NCBI GenBank assembly: GCA_034667685.1
Contig: JAXDQU010000118.1
Coordinates: 17,493-81,492 of the forward strand
Reading direction: 5' to 3'
DNA length: 64,000 nucleotides
DNA from: Thermoplasmata archaeon
GTDB taxonomy: Archaea > Thermoplasmatota > SW-10-69-26 > JACQPN01 > JAJPHT01
The translations under genes and the position numbers were made by a program. The notes under the pieces were generated by a model. It did no database searches. It was not told the origin of the DNA and was given only the letters and a program-made list of their open reading frames with translations. Below, piece after piece: positions 1-9,807 of the stretch; within the stretch, counting starts at the first letter, position 1; each line of letters starts with the position of its first letter.

Positions 1-3000
1 AAACGTCACAGGCTCCTACCTGAACCACGCCTGGCTCGACAACCACGACAGGCTCAACCCCAACACCCGAAACCCACGCCCCGCCCGAGAACTCCTACGC
101 AGCAACGGCCAACGCAGCCTCCACCAGGGCCACGACAAGCCACGCTTGACAGGTTCCCCGAATCTCCTCGCAACTCCGTGATGGGCTCACCGCCCGACCA
201 CGACCCCACGATGCGCGTAGATCCACCTGACCGGTCACGATCGGCGTTCAAAGGTCCTCAGAATCTCAGTCGAAAATCTCTGGGTCGACCTCATCCGAGT
301 TCGAACCGGAGATCTGCATGGCGCACGACGGCTGGAGGGGACATCCAGGGATAGTCTCCATGGCGGCTTGCACTGGTTCGGTTCTTCGAACGAAGGCTTT
401 CGAAGACGCCACGCGCCACATCGCACTCGAGGGAACGGCCATCCGAAGGGGCCCCGAATGGCGAAGGCCATCTACGCGGCCACGTATGGCGCGTGGGGTC
501 CCTCAAGTGATTGCGCTGCGCCACGACGCGCACCTGCTGGTTATTTACGCGGAGTCCGAGCGCCAAATGAGACCTCACGGAATATCCTTCAAACACGCCA
601 GGCGGATGGGGTATGGCCGTGCCGTAGGGAGAAACTTATCTCCGCTCGATGGGTTCGCAAGGTAGAGGCTTACACATGGACGCCCGGCCGCGCACCGTCC
701 AAGCTCTTCTCCACACAGGGGACCAGTACGTCATCCCCCTTTTTCAGCGGTACTACACCTGGGAGAAGGAAGACTGGGAGCGTCTCTGGAGCGACTTGCT
801 GCTATTGATGGAGGAGGGGAGTGAACAAAAGCGACACTTCCTCGGCCCGCTCGTAACGGTTCCAGATCGGCACGCGCCGGGTGCGACGCCGGCGTACATG
901 GTCATTGATGGTCAGCAACGGTTGACGACGCTCTCCCTGCTCTTCTGCGCGCTTCGAGACGAAGCTCGAGAGAATGGATGGAATACCCTCGCATCAGAGA
1001 TCGAGAAGAGCTACCTCGTGAACGAGTTCCGCACTGGAGATGAGCGCTACAAGCTGTCGTTGCGCCTTCGCGACCGCGCAATGTACCTATCGCTCATCGA
1101 TGAACCAGAAACGGCAATCGGCGTCACCCGACTTCTGTCGGCATACCACTATCATCGAAAGCGCATCGGTGGCGAGGAGTTCAACGAATCGGAGGCCTTC
1201 CTTCGGGCCTTCTTCATGACTGCCGCACAGCGATTGGAGTTTGTCGCCATTACACTCGCCGAGGAGAATCCATACAAGATCTTTCAATCCCTGAACTCGA
1301 CCGGAGTTCCTCTTGCAGAGGCGGACCTGATTCGAAACTACGTCTTCATGAAAGTACCGGGTAAAGAGCAAGAACGGTTCGATGAGGTCGCGTGGACTCC
1401 GTTGGAGCACCACTTCGATCAAGCCGGCGTGCTTGATGCCGGAGCTCTCACCGGCTTCCTCCGAGATGCCTTGATCAGCCACGGCTCCTACGTCGGACGC
1501 GACGCCACTTTCGAGGCCTTCGAGGAACGCTATCCCTTCGAGACTCTCCAGCCGTTCGACGTGCTGAAGGAGTTGAACGAGCTAGCGAAGCTGCGTGACA
1601 TCATTGCAGGCTTGAGTGCGCATGCGAGTGAGCCCGTCCACCTTCAGCTCGCCGCGCTCCGCGAATTGGACGTAGGAACCTCTTACCCCCTAATGCTCGA
1701 GCTCTTGCGCCGGCACCAAAATGGCGAGCTTCCGATCGACCAACTGATCGACTGTATCGGCAAGACGTCGGGTTTCGTGTTCAGACGATATGTCTGTGGG
1801 GAGAGCTCGCGCGGCTACGGTCGATGGTTCGCCGCGGCATGCGCGGAAATCGAGACTGACCCGCGCCGGAAGTTGCGTGCGTTCTACGTAGCCAAAGGGT
1901 GGCCGCATGACGAGCGTTTCCGCGCGGCCTTCGAGAGGATGAACCTCTATCACAGCGGCTACGCCCTCGCGGTCCTCGCACGACTTGAACGGAGCTTGCA
2001 GCGATCCAGCGAGGTCGTCTCACTCGACCAATGTCAGATCGAACACGTCATGCCGCAAACGATCGGCGACGATGAGGAGGGCAAAGATTGGAAGAACTCT
2101 CTTGGGGAAGGCTGGGAACAAACGTGGGCCACATGGCTTCACACGCCCGGAAATCTGACGCTCGTTGGCGGGGACTATAACGCGAGCATGAGCAACCAAG
2201 CATTCGAGGCCAAGAAGCCGATCCTCTCCGAGTCCCGCGTCTATCTCAATGTGCACTTCCGTAATCCCTCACTGCAGACATGGACGGCGAAGGAGATCGC
2301 AGAGCGGGCGCGGACACTTTCTAGCATGGCAAGAACGCTATGGCCGGGATCCGAAGTTGCCCAGACGACGATCTAGACACCCCTTGGCGAGTTTCGTCCC
2401 AGTGCCCTGGCGCATTTCCTTCCACCGGAAAGAGTCCGGCGGGGCACTCGGGCGAAACAGCGGCACCGTGTCGTTGTTGAAGTACACACCGATGTCGCGC
2501 CGCGCGTCATCCAACGGCAACATGGGGAACGATCGCACACTTCTACGACAAGCGCGGACCCCATCTCGAGTGGCTCAGAGGGCAGGTGTGTCCGCGCACT
2601 TGTGTCCTTTGCTTGCGCGAAATGTGCGGGGAAAACCAGTCATCCGAGGATCAAGAACCGGTTCTTCCACGCCGGGGCGGCTCCTCGCAACCTCGGCCGG
2701 CCTCTACAAGGGACACCGGTGCGAGGAGCCCAATCCTAGACTTCACAACAAGTGTTCACTCGGGTCTTCCCGGACCCCTTGGCTTAAGAGGCACCTTCGT
2801 TGCGTCGGCACAGAAGTAGCACTGCCGGCAGTCCATGAGGTTCCACTGACCCTCGAGGGCTTCTCCATCGGGCTGGCGGCTGTTCTACTTCTTCCCAAGT
2901 GCGGACATGCTCGTCGGCGCACTACCTTTGAGCTGCAAGGCGGATGCACTTTCTAAGAGCCGAAGGGAGCACCTTGGTCAGGTTCTACATTTTGATCACC

Positions 3001-4953
3001 GGTTTCGTCGGCGCTCGTGCGTCGAGGGAACCATCGAGCGGGTCGGTAATCGTTCTCCTTCTTGTATTCGTCGCACATCTTCACGCGCTGAGCTGCTGCG
3101 GACACTTTCCGCCAAGAAGAAAATCGCCGACGAAATTATCAAGGGGGCGCGGTAGCGCGCGAGCGTGGCCGATCCACACGTGCAAATGAGGGATGACGCT
3201 CCTCCACGCTCCTCAAAGGCCGAGCCGTCTGGACTTTGCGAACTTGCCGTGTGGACGCGCCGTTCTGGCTGGATGGCCTCCGTCGGCAGCCACGCCGTGC
3301 CAATGACTGTGGGCATGGCGCCTGGGAGTGCACACCGCTCTGTTCAGAGGAGCTCAGCCGTTTGGGGATGAAGCCCGATGCTGTTTCACGAGACGGGGAG
3401 TTTGTGGGCCATCGTCGCCTCTTCCTTCGTCTCGCTCAAGTTCTCTCTCTTGGGCACAGGGCGGGGCCTGAGGATGCTTGTCGGTCTTGCCTTGGCCGTG
3501 AGCTTTCGGATGAATCGCTCGGGAGGAAGCCTTAATCGCGTCGAGGAATTTGGTGGCGCTGGAGGTGTTTCCCCTACGAGCCAACCCGAAAGGGTTGGCG
3601 AAGGAAGCCCTGCAACCTGCATTCGCCCCGAAGCCCCACTGCCCCAAGACGTCGAGAAGCTCCTGAGCCTCCTCCCGCCCGGCTACCGCCTCGTGAAGAC
3701 GACGCCGGCTGGCGAGCGGATCCTGGACGCGTTCGCGGACGGTAACGCGGGAATCACGCCCTTGCAACGGGCGGTCACCCGCACAATCCCAACGCCCGCG
3801 TATTCGTTCAAGGACTTCTGCCTGGACAAGTTCCTGAGTGCCAAGAGGCCCTTCGGCCGCATCATGGCCGAAGGCACCTTCGAGAACACGGAACGAATCC
3901 TCGCACAGCTCGAACGCGAAGGCGTGCCGACGGACCCACCCGACTGGATCAAGTTCGTTGAGTGGATCAAGAGGCACCCGAAGAGCTCTGCCGGCTGCGA
4001 GAACCACCGGCGCGCGATGGTCTGGAAGAGCGCGTACTACCGCATCCCCGTACCCGACGAGGAGTGGGCCCGCAAGCGGCTGGACAATGCCAAGGACGTC
4101 GAGGTCGCCCGCCGAGAAGGCAGGATGAAGGCGCGCGTGCGCTTCTTCCGCTTGCCCTTCAGCGCGGGACGCCTCGTCGCCGCCGAGGCCACGGCCCACG
4201 CCCACTCGCTCAACGCGGCCACGCACCGCGTGATCGCGTACACGAGCACGTATGTGGGCCCGCGCGGTAGCGAGCTCTACTGGGTGACCAACGGCGACTA
4301 CGACGCGCAGCTCAACAGCCTGCACTCGTGGCAGCCGAAGAAGAAGTCCTACCGGGACGTGCAACCTCCCGAGGACTACGCTCTTGGCAGCCTGTTGGAC
4401 CCGAGCATCGCGTGGTACAGGACCTACGTGCGCCCGAAGCTCGATCCTGATGGCCAGTACGGTGGCCCGACCGACCGCCTGTTCCTCTTCTGGGACGCGG
4501 AGATCGGCCATGGCCGTCCCTGGCCGACGGAGGAAGCCTACGCGCAGTTCGTGGAGCGCGGCATTGACGCCGTCCTGGGCCCCAACACGCCGGGCCCTCA
4601 CGGGTGGCGTCGGCTCTGCGCGACGCTACGGTACCGCTACGGCTGGACCATCGAGCAGATCGCGTCGTTCCTGGACGACACCGATGGCGTCGTTCGGAAG
4701 AGCTACATCGACTGGAAGTGGATCAACCGGGTCGGCATCATCCGACCCGAAGCAGGCGTCTCGCGCCCGCTGATCCCGAGACTACGAGTGGGGCAAACTT
4801 TCGGAGTACCCGAGTCGTTCCTCGGCAAAGACTACCCACGCGCGGGTCGTCGCCGACAAGGGATGACGCAGGCTCCGACGAATGAGGTTGCGACAAGGGG
4901 ATTGGGACCCAAAATCCCAAACAAACCCCCCGAAATCCCGAGGAGAATTGCAG
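1..4953. mobile_element. Right end of an integrative element at tRNA-Ala(GGC); left boundary outside the window
   Basis: Integrase at the tRNA 3' end, restriction cargo, visibly lower GC than the core genes. No second att copy seen in 1-4953. Confidence 0.7.
676..2376 (+). CDS. GmrSD-like type IV restriction endonuclease (DUF262 + DUF1524/HNH)
   Basis: N-terminal IPLFQRYYTW and VIDGQQRLTT (DUF262), IFQSLNSTG, C-terminal QIEHVMPQ...GNLTL...N (DUF1524). Start taken at ATG 676. Confidence 0.9.
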   Translation: MDARPRTVQALLHTGDQYVIPLFQRYYTWEKEDWERLWSDLLLLMEEGSEQKRHFLGPLVTVPDRHAPGATPAYMVIDGQQRLTTLSLLFCALRDEARENGWNTLASEIEKSYLVNEFRTGDERYKLSLRLRDRAMYLSLIDEPETAIGVTRLLSAYHYHRKRIGGEEFNESEAFLRAFFMTAAQRLEFVAITLAEENPYKIFQSLNSTGVPLAEADLIRNYVFMKVPGKEQERFDEVAWTPLEHHFDQAGVLDAGALTGFLRDALISHGSYVGRDATFEAFEERYPFETLQPFDVLKELNELAKLRDIIAGLSAHASEPVHLQLAALRELDVGTSYPLMLELLRRHQNGELPIDQLIDCIGKTSGFVFRRYVCGESSRGYGRWFAAACAEIETDPRRKLRAFYVAKGWPHDERFRAAFERMNLYHSGYALAVLARLERSLQRSSEVVSLDQCQIEHVMPQTIGDDEEGKDWKNSLGEGWEQTWATWLHTPGNLTLVGGDYNASMSNQAFEAKKPILSESRVYLNVHFRNPSLQTWTAKEIAERARTLSSMARTLWPGSEVAQTTI

Positions 4954-5003
4954 TGGACGCGGCGAGATTCGAACTCGCGGCCTCTCCCATGCCAAGGGAG
5001 TGA
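3378..5003 (+). CDS. Tyrosine recombinase/integrase
   Basis: Catalytic motifs GPRGSEL (R), PHGWRR (HxxR), IASFLDD...RKSY (Y); abuts and overlaps tRNA-Ala. True start uncertain, probably downstream of 3378. Confidence 0.8.
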   Translation: MLFHETGSLWAIVASSFVSLKFSLLGTGRGLRMLVGLALAVSFRMNRSGGSLNRVEEFGGAGGVSPTSQPERVGEGSPATCIRPEAPLPQDVEKLLSLLPPGYRLVKTTPAGERILDAFADGNAGITPLQRAVTRTIPTPAYSFKDFCLDKFLSAKRPFGRIMAEGTFENTERILAQLEREGVPTDPPDWIKFVEWIKRHPKSSAGCENHRRAMVWKSAYYRIPVPDEEWARKRLDNAKDVEVARREGRMKARVRFFRLPFSAGRLVAAEATAHAHSLNAATHRVIAYTSTYVGPRGSELYWVTNGDYDAQLNSLHSWQPKKKSYRDVQPPEDYALGSLLDPSIAWYRTYVRPKLDPDGQYGGPTDRLFLFWDAEIGHGRPWPTEEAYAQFVERGIDAVLGPNTPGPHGWRRLCATLRYRYGWTIEQIASFLDDTDGVVRKSYIDWKWINRVGIIRPEAGVSRPLIPRLRVGQTFGVPESFLGKDYPRAGRRRQGMTQAPTNEVATRGLGPKIPNKPPEIPRRIAVDAARFELAASPMPRE

Positions 5004-5026
5004 TCTACCAACTGATCTACGCGCCC
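4954..5026 (-). tRNA. tRNA-Ala(GGC)
   Basis: GGGCGCGTAGATCAGTTGGTAGATCACTCCCTTGGCATGGGAGAGGCCGCGAGTTCGAATCTCGCCGCGTCCA; cloverleaf, G3:U70 pair, no encoded CCA. Confidence 0.97.
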
Positions 5027-5051
5027 GGGTTGCAGACACTCGTTGCGAGTG

Positions 5052-5077
5052 TGGGTCCGTCCAGATTTGAACTGGAG
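5052..5077 (-). repeat. tRNA 3'-end fragment (T-arm + acceptor strand), possible att scar
   Basis: CTCCAGTTCAAATCTGGACGGACCCA; 19/25 identical to the tRNA-Val 3' end, which lies 3 nt upstream. Confidence 0.75.
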
Positions 5078-5080
5078 GAA

Positions 5081-5154
5081 TGGGCTCACCCAGATTCGAA
5101 CTGGGGATCTTCTCCATGTCAAGGAGATGTCCTAACCAACTAGACCATGAGCCC
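5081..5154 (-). tRNA. tRNA-Val(GAC)
   Basis: GGGCTCATGGTCTAGTTGGTTAGGACATCTCCTTGACATGGAGAAGATCCCCAGTTCGAATCTGGGTGAGCCCA; cloverleaf, anticodon GAC. Confidence 0.97.
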
Positions 5155-5308
5155 GGGTTTGACCCCTGGGGGGACGTCGCGAGCAAAGCGTTTCCCCTAT
5201 TTCATGGTTGGGGACGCTTCGCAGGCCGTGGGCGCTGGCGAAATCCTCGGTTTGGAGCCGTCCAATCCTTTATATCCAAGCCGGCCTTCGCAGCCCTCGT
5301 CGATCCCC

Positions 5309-5437
5309 ATGCCTTCGAAGGCGATGTGTCCCCAGTGTGGCCAGAAGATTCGCGGCGCGTCCCACGTCTGCGATCCGACGAAGGTCGTGCGCGAGCAGAA
5401 GCGCCTGGCTGTTCTCGCGAAGCTTGCGAGCAAGTAG
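5309..5437 (+). CDS. Small CPxCG zinc-finger protein (42 aa)
   Basis: MPSKAMCPQCGQKIRGASHVC...; TATA-like TTTATAT near 5269-5275; T-rich tract after the stop. Confidence 0.6.
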   Translation: MPSKAMCPQCGQKIRGASHVCDPTKVVREQKRLAVLAKLASK

Positions 5438-5480
5438 TCGTTTTTCGTTCTTTTCCGCGGCCGCCCTCGGCTCTTGGAAG

Positions 5481-6194
5481 CTAGGGTGGCAGCGCTTTCA
5501 CGCCGAAGCGTACGCCTTGGCGTCCGGGTTGCGTCAGCGTGAGCCGGAGGGGTCCGAGCTCGCGCAGGTTCGTGACGAGTGGCGCGTCGCAGGGGAGGGT
5601 GGAGTGCGTGCCGCAGCGGACGATGCGCAGGGTGGGCTCGTCGGGGGCGACGTCGTCGAGGGCCACGAGCTTGGCGGCGTCGTCGCGCGGGGTCCAGGTG
5701 GCGGTGACGTCTTCGCGCGTGGCGGCGAGCTCGTTGGCGCGCGCGACGATGCGGGGGAGCGCGGTGCGCGGGTCTTCGCGCAGCGTGACGTTCGCGCGCG
5801 TCTCGCCTCCGCCCACGACGCGCGGGGGCTCCAGGAGGGTGGCGCGCTGCTCGGCGAGGGCGGCGATCAGGAGGTGCATGGCGGCGTGGGCGCGGGCGTT
5901 CTGCTCGCGGCGGGGCGCGTCGAGGTGGAGCTGGGCCTTGGCGCCCACGGCGGGGAGCGGGCCGGAGGTCTTGTGGACGAGGTTTCCGCGCGAGTCCCAG
6001 AAGACCTTGTCGAGCTTCAGCTTGTGGCCTTCGGCGAGGACGTGGCCGAGGTCGCAGGGCTGCGCGTGGTGATAGCGCGCGTCGGCGGCGTGGAAGACGG
6101 TCTTGTCGAGGACGAAGCCGCCCGCGGCGTGGCCGATCACCTCGGCGAGGGCGGTCTTGCGCCGCGGGTCCTCCAGGTAGAGGCGTTGGGTCAC
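5481..6194 (-). CDS. AlaX-like alanyl-tRNA editing domain protein (divergent)
   Basis: TQRLYLED, VLDKTVFH...QPCDLG, HAAMHLL (HxxxH); the CGGTH equivalent is CDAPL. GTG start at 6194. Confidence 0.75.
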   Translation of the reverse strand: MTQRLYLEDPRRKTALAEVIGHAAGGFVLDKTVFHAADARYHHAQPCDLGHVLAEGHKLKLDKVFWDSRGNLVHKTSGPLPAVGAKAQLHLDAPRREQNARAHAAMHLLIAALAEQRATLLEPPRVVGGGETRANVTLREDPRTALPRIVARANELAATREDVTATWTPRDDAAKLVALDDVAPDEPTLRIVRCGTHSTLPCDAPLVTNLRELGPLRLTLTQPGRQGVRFGVKALPP

Positions 6195-6286
6195 GCGCAA
6201 GGCGCGCTCGCACCGCGCTCCCGCCGCTTCAACCCGCGCGGATCGCTCGTCGAAAGGAACATCCCCTGCGGGGCGCACGGGCGCTC

Positions 6287-6997
6287 GTGCCGCCGAGCAT
6301 CGAGGCGCGCGGGCTCGTGAAGCGCTTCGGCGCGGTGCGCGCGTTGGACGGGCTCGACCTCGCGGTGGAGCCGGGCGAGCTCTATGGTCTCGTGGGGCCC
6401 AACGGCAGCGGCAAGACGACGCTGATCCGCATCCTCACCGCGTTGGAGCCGCCCACGCGCGGTCGCGCCCGCGTGCTGGGCCGCCGGCCGGGCGCGCGCG
6501 CCGCGGAGGTCGGCTTCATGCCGCAGGAGGACGCGCTCTACCCGGACCTGTCGGTGCGCGAGAACCTCGTCTTCTTCGCGGGGCTCTACGGCGCGCGGTT
6601 CGACGCCCGCGCGCGGCGGATGCTGCGCCTGGTGCGCCTGTGGGACGAGCGCGACCGGCTCGTGGGCGAGCTCTCGGGCGGGATGCGCCGGCGCGCGAGC
6701 CTGGCCGCGGCGCTCGTGCACGATCCGCGCGTGCTCTTCCTCGACGAGCCCACGGTGGGCGTCGACCCGCTGCTGCGCAGGGAGCTGTGGGCGAGCTTCC
6801 GGGAGCGCGCGGACGCGGGCGCGTCGCTGCTGATCACGACGCACCACCTGGAGGAGGCGCGCCGGTGCGACCGCGTCGGGCTCCTCTGGGAGGGCCGCAT
6901 GCTGCGCGAGGGGCCGCCCGCGCAGCTCATGGAGGAGGCGGGCGCCTCGATGCTGGAGGATGCCTTCCTCCATTTCGTGGAGGAGGCCTCCGCCTGA
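6287..6997 (+). CDS. ABC transporter ATP-binding protein
   Basis: GPNGSGKTT, LSGGM, LFLDEPT, H-loop. Confidence 0.95.
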   Translation: MPPSIEARGLVKRFGAVRALDGLDLAVEPGELYGLVGPNGSGKTTLIRILTALEPPTRGRARVLGRRPGARAAEVGFMPQEDALYPDLSVRENLVFFAGLYGARFDARARRMLRLVRLWDERDRLVGELSGGMRRRASLAAALVHDPRVLFLDEPTVGVDPLLRRELWASFRERADAGASLLITTHHLEEARRCDRVGLLWEGRMLREGPPAQLMEEAGASMLEDAFLHFVEEASA

Positions 6998-6999
6998 GC

Positions 7000-8103
7000 A
7001 TGCCGCGCGCGCTCGTCGTGGCCCGCCGCGTGCTCACGCAGATGCGCCGCGACCGGCGCACGCTCGCGCTCATCATCGTGCAGCCGATCCTCATCATCGG
7101 CATCTTCGGCTACGCGTTCGGCGGCCAGGTGACGGGCGCGCGTGTGGCCATCGCCGACCTCGATCGCGGCGAGCTGGGCGGCAAGATCGTCGAGAAGCTC
7201 AACCGCTCGACGATCACGATCGTCCCCGTCGCGAGCGCCGCCGAAGCGCAAGCCGCGCTGGAGAGCGGCGAGGCCGTCGCGGGCGTCGTCATCCCCGCCA
7301 ACTACACCGCGCAGTCCGAGGCGGCCGCGAGCGGGCAGGACGCGACGTCGCTCCTGATCGTCTACGAGGACGCGACGAACTCCATCGTCACCGGCGCGGT
7401 GCTCAAGGCGCTGGGCGACGCGGTCGCGGACGCCCTGCACGCGCAGACGAGCCGCGCGCCGGGCTTCGCGATCGAGGAGCACGCCGTCTACGGCCAGAAG
7501 GACGAAGGCGAGTTGGACTTCCTCGTGCCCGGCATCGTCGCGTTCGCCATCTTCCAGCTGGGCAGCCTGCTCACCGTCGTCTCGCTCGTGAAGGAGCGCA
7601 CGCTGGGCACGCTCCCGCGCGTCATGTCGAGCCCCGCGAAGCGATGGGAGATCGTCTCCGGCTACACGCTCGCCTTCCTGCTCCTCTCGCTCGCGCAGGC
7701 ATGCGCCATCCTCCTTGTCGCGACGCTCGTCTTCGGCGTCGAGGTGCGCGGCAGCGTGCTCTTGGCGCTCCTCACGACGACGCTCGTGGGCGTCGTCGCG
7801 CTGGGCTTCGGCATCCTCGTCTCGGGCCTCGCCCGCAGCGAGTTCCAGGCCGTGCAGGCCGTCTTCCTCGTCTCGTTCCCCAACATGTTCCTCGCCGGCA
7901 TCTTCGCGCCCGTCGAGTCGATGCCCGCCTTCCTGCGCCCCGTGACGCGCTTCGTGCCGCTCTCCTACGCGGTGCACGCGCTGCGCGAGACGATCAACCG
8001 CGGCGGCCGCCTCAACGAGGTCGCGCCTGATATCGCGGTCCTCGCGCTCCTCGCGGTCCTCTTCCTGGGCCTCGCCACGATCTCCTTCGCGCGGAAGACG
8101 TGA
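7000..8103 (+). CDS. ABC-2 type permease
   Basis: RDRRTL, N-terminal TM plus extracellular domain, KERTLGTL, multiple TMs; follows the ATPase. Confidence 0.92.
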   Translation: MPRALVVARRVLTQMRRDRRTLALIIVQPILIIGIFGYAFGGQVTGARVAIADLDRGELGGKIVEKLNRSTITIVPVASAAEAQAALESGEAVAGVVIPANYTAQSEAAASGQDATSLLIVYEDATNSIVTGAVLKALGDAVADALHAQTSRAPGFAIEEHAVYGQKDEGELDFLVPGIVAFAIFQLGSLLTVVSLVKERTLGTLPRVMSSPAKRWEIVSGYTLAFLLLSLAQACAILLVATLVFGVEVRGSVLLALLTTTLVGVVALGFGILVSGLARSEFQAVQAVFLVSFPNMFLAGIFAPVESMPAFLRPVTRFVPLSYAVHALRETINRGGRLNEVAPDIAVLALLAVLFLGLATISFARKT

Positions 8104-9747
8104 TCATCCGCTGGGCCTGGGCTTGCGGCCCCCGCGCGGACGCTTGCGCGACGGATCGCTCTCGTCCGCGTCGAGCTCGGCCTCCTCCTCGCGCTCGCGG
8201 TGCGCGCGCCCCAAGCGCAGCACGAGGTCGATGCCCACGAGGACCACGACGACGGCCAGCGCGAGGAGGCCCCACGGACCGCGCAGCGCGCCGAGCAGAC
8301 GCGAGAATAGGTTCGCCGGCTCGGGCGGCGCGGCGACCGGCCCCGTGCCCGCGACGCGCGTCGTGTGCAGCCCGCCGAAGTCGTCGTTCCAGCCGATCGC
8401 GACCAGCGGCGCGCCCGCGGCGGCCTGCCCCACCTGGCGCACGACGACGCGGAAGTCGGTCGCCTGGTTGGGCTTGAGGTCCGCGATGAGGTCGGGCCGG
8501 TCCGACCGGAGGCCGGAGCCCTCGGCCGCCTCGACGCGCGGGTTCCACGCCGTGCCCGTGCCGCTGTTGACGACCGTGCCCGTCAGCACGAGCCCGCCCT
8601 CGGCGCGTTCGAGGCGCGCGTCGAGCACGCGGATCTTGACGCTGCCCACGACGCGCACGCCGAAGCTGAACGTCTGGTCGCGCTGAAAGCCGTCGACGGT
8701 GTACGTGGCCTGGACCGCGAAGGGCACGAGGTCCTCGGGCCGCAGGCTCGCGATCACGGACGCCTCGACCGCGGCGCTCTGGCGGGGCCCGAGTTGCGCG
8801 CGGTGGAGCAGGAGCGCGCTGCCGTTGCCCGGCGTGATCGCCTGCGTGGACGTGGCGCCCCCGAGCCCGCCCAGGACCTGCTGGCTGGGCGGCACGAGCG
8901 TCAGGTCGAGGTTCGTCACGTTCGACGCGGTGGGATTCGCGACCTCCAGCGAGATGTTGCCCGGCTCGCCCGCGACGAGCGCCGCGTCGGCCATCGTGAT
9001 ATCAAGCGGCGCGCTCACGGGCGGCGCGATCTGGACGTTGAGCGTGCGCGTCACGGTCCGGATCACGCCCGCGTCGTCGGCGAACGTGAACGTGAGGCTC
9101 AGCGACGCGCTGCCCGCCGCCTCGGGCGTCGCCACGCGCACGACCAAAGCCGACGAATTGTTCGCGGCGAGGTCGCGCAGCGAGCGCTGCACCTGCCCGA
9201 CCACGATGAGGCCGCCGGAGGCCGGCTGCACGAGGATCGAGGTGCCGTGCATGCCGCTGGGGCCGAGGTTCACGACCTCCACGAAGACGTTCGTGCGCTG
9301 CTTCGCGGGGATGGCCGAGACGGGGCCGAGCAACTCGACGTCGGGCGCGCCCGCGAAGCTCGTGGCGGTGGTCGCCGAGGCGTTGCCCGTGGTGGTCGTG
9401 GTCGTCGTGGTCGTGGCCGGAGGATCGGCGGCCACGAGCGCGGGGGCGGGCGCGGCCGCCGCGACGGGCTTGGCCGGAGCCGGACCCGCGGGGGCGATCG
9501 TGGGTGCCGGGAGCGCGAGCAGCTTGGGCTGAGGCTGAGGCTGAGGCTGAGGCTGAGGCTGAGGCTGAGGCTGAGGCTGAGGCTGAGGCTGGGGATCAGC
9601 GCGCGGTGCGGCCACGCTCGGCGCCGCTGCCGCCGGATGCGCCGGGGCGCCCGGAAGCGCCGGGGGCGCCGCGGGAGGTGCCATCTGCTCGGCGGGCACC
9701 GACGCGACGAGGGCGAGCAGGGCCACGAGCGCGGACGGGAGGCTCAT
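8104..9747 (-). CDS. Cell-surface protein (COG1361/CARDB-like Ig folds), signal peptide, (QP)11 and Thr linkers, C-terminal TM
   Basis: Hydrophobic N-terminus, beta-rich repeats (VVNLG, VANPT, VVNSGTGTA), C-terminal TM with basic tail. Confidence 0.7.
   Translation of the reverse strand: MSLPSALVALLALVASVPAEQMAPPAAPPALPGAPAHPAAAAPSVAAPRADPQPQPQPQPQPQPQPQPQPQPQPKLLALPAPTIAPAGPAPAKPVAAAAPAPALVAADPPATTTTTTTTTGNASATTATSFAGAPDVELLGPVSAIPAKQRTNVFVEVVNLGPSGMHGTSILVQPASGGLIVVGQVQRSLRDLAANNSSALVVRVATPEAAGSASLSLTFTFADDAGVIRTVTRTLNVQIAPPVSAPLDITMADAALVAGEPGNISLEVANPTASNVTNLDLTLVPPSQQVLGGLGGATSTQAITPGNGSALLLHRAQLGPRQSAAVEASVIASLRPEDLVPFAVQATYTVDGFQRDQTFSFGVRVVGSVKIRVLDARLERAEGGLVLTGTVVNSGTGTAWNPRVEAAEGSGLRSDRPDLIADLKPNQATDFRVVVRQVGQAAAGAPLVAIGWNDDFGGLHTTRVAGTGPVAAPPEPANLFSRLLGALRGPWGLLALAVVVVLVGIDLVLRLGRAHREREEEAELDADESDPSRKRPRGGRKPRPSG
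9527..9591. repeat. (GGCTGA)10 + GGCTG tandem repeat encoding the Gln-Pro linker
   Basis: Perfect hexamer array read directly. Confidence 0.95.
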
Positions 9748-9807
9748 CAGGCAGCCCCTTGCCGCGCTGGGGGACATGACCGATCCCGCCGGAGCCTCGA
9801 TGTGATA

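Noticed and set aside
2400-3370. Short ORFs between the GmrSD-like gene and the integrase
   Set aside because: No motifs or consistent codon bias; possibly decayed sequence.
9527-9591. Hexamer array as CRISPR or a phase-variation switch
   Set aside because: No spacers, and a 6-bp unit keeps the frame; it only varies linker length.
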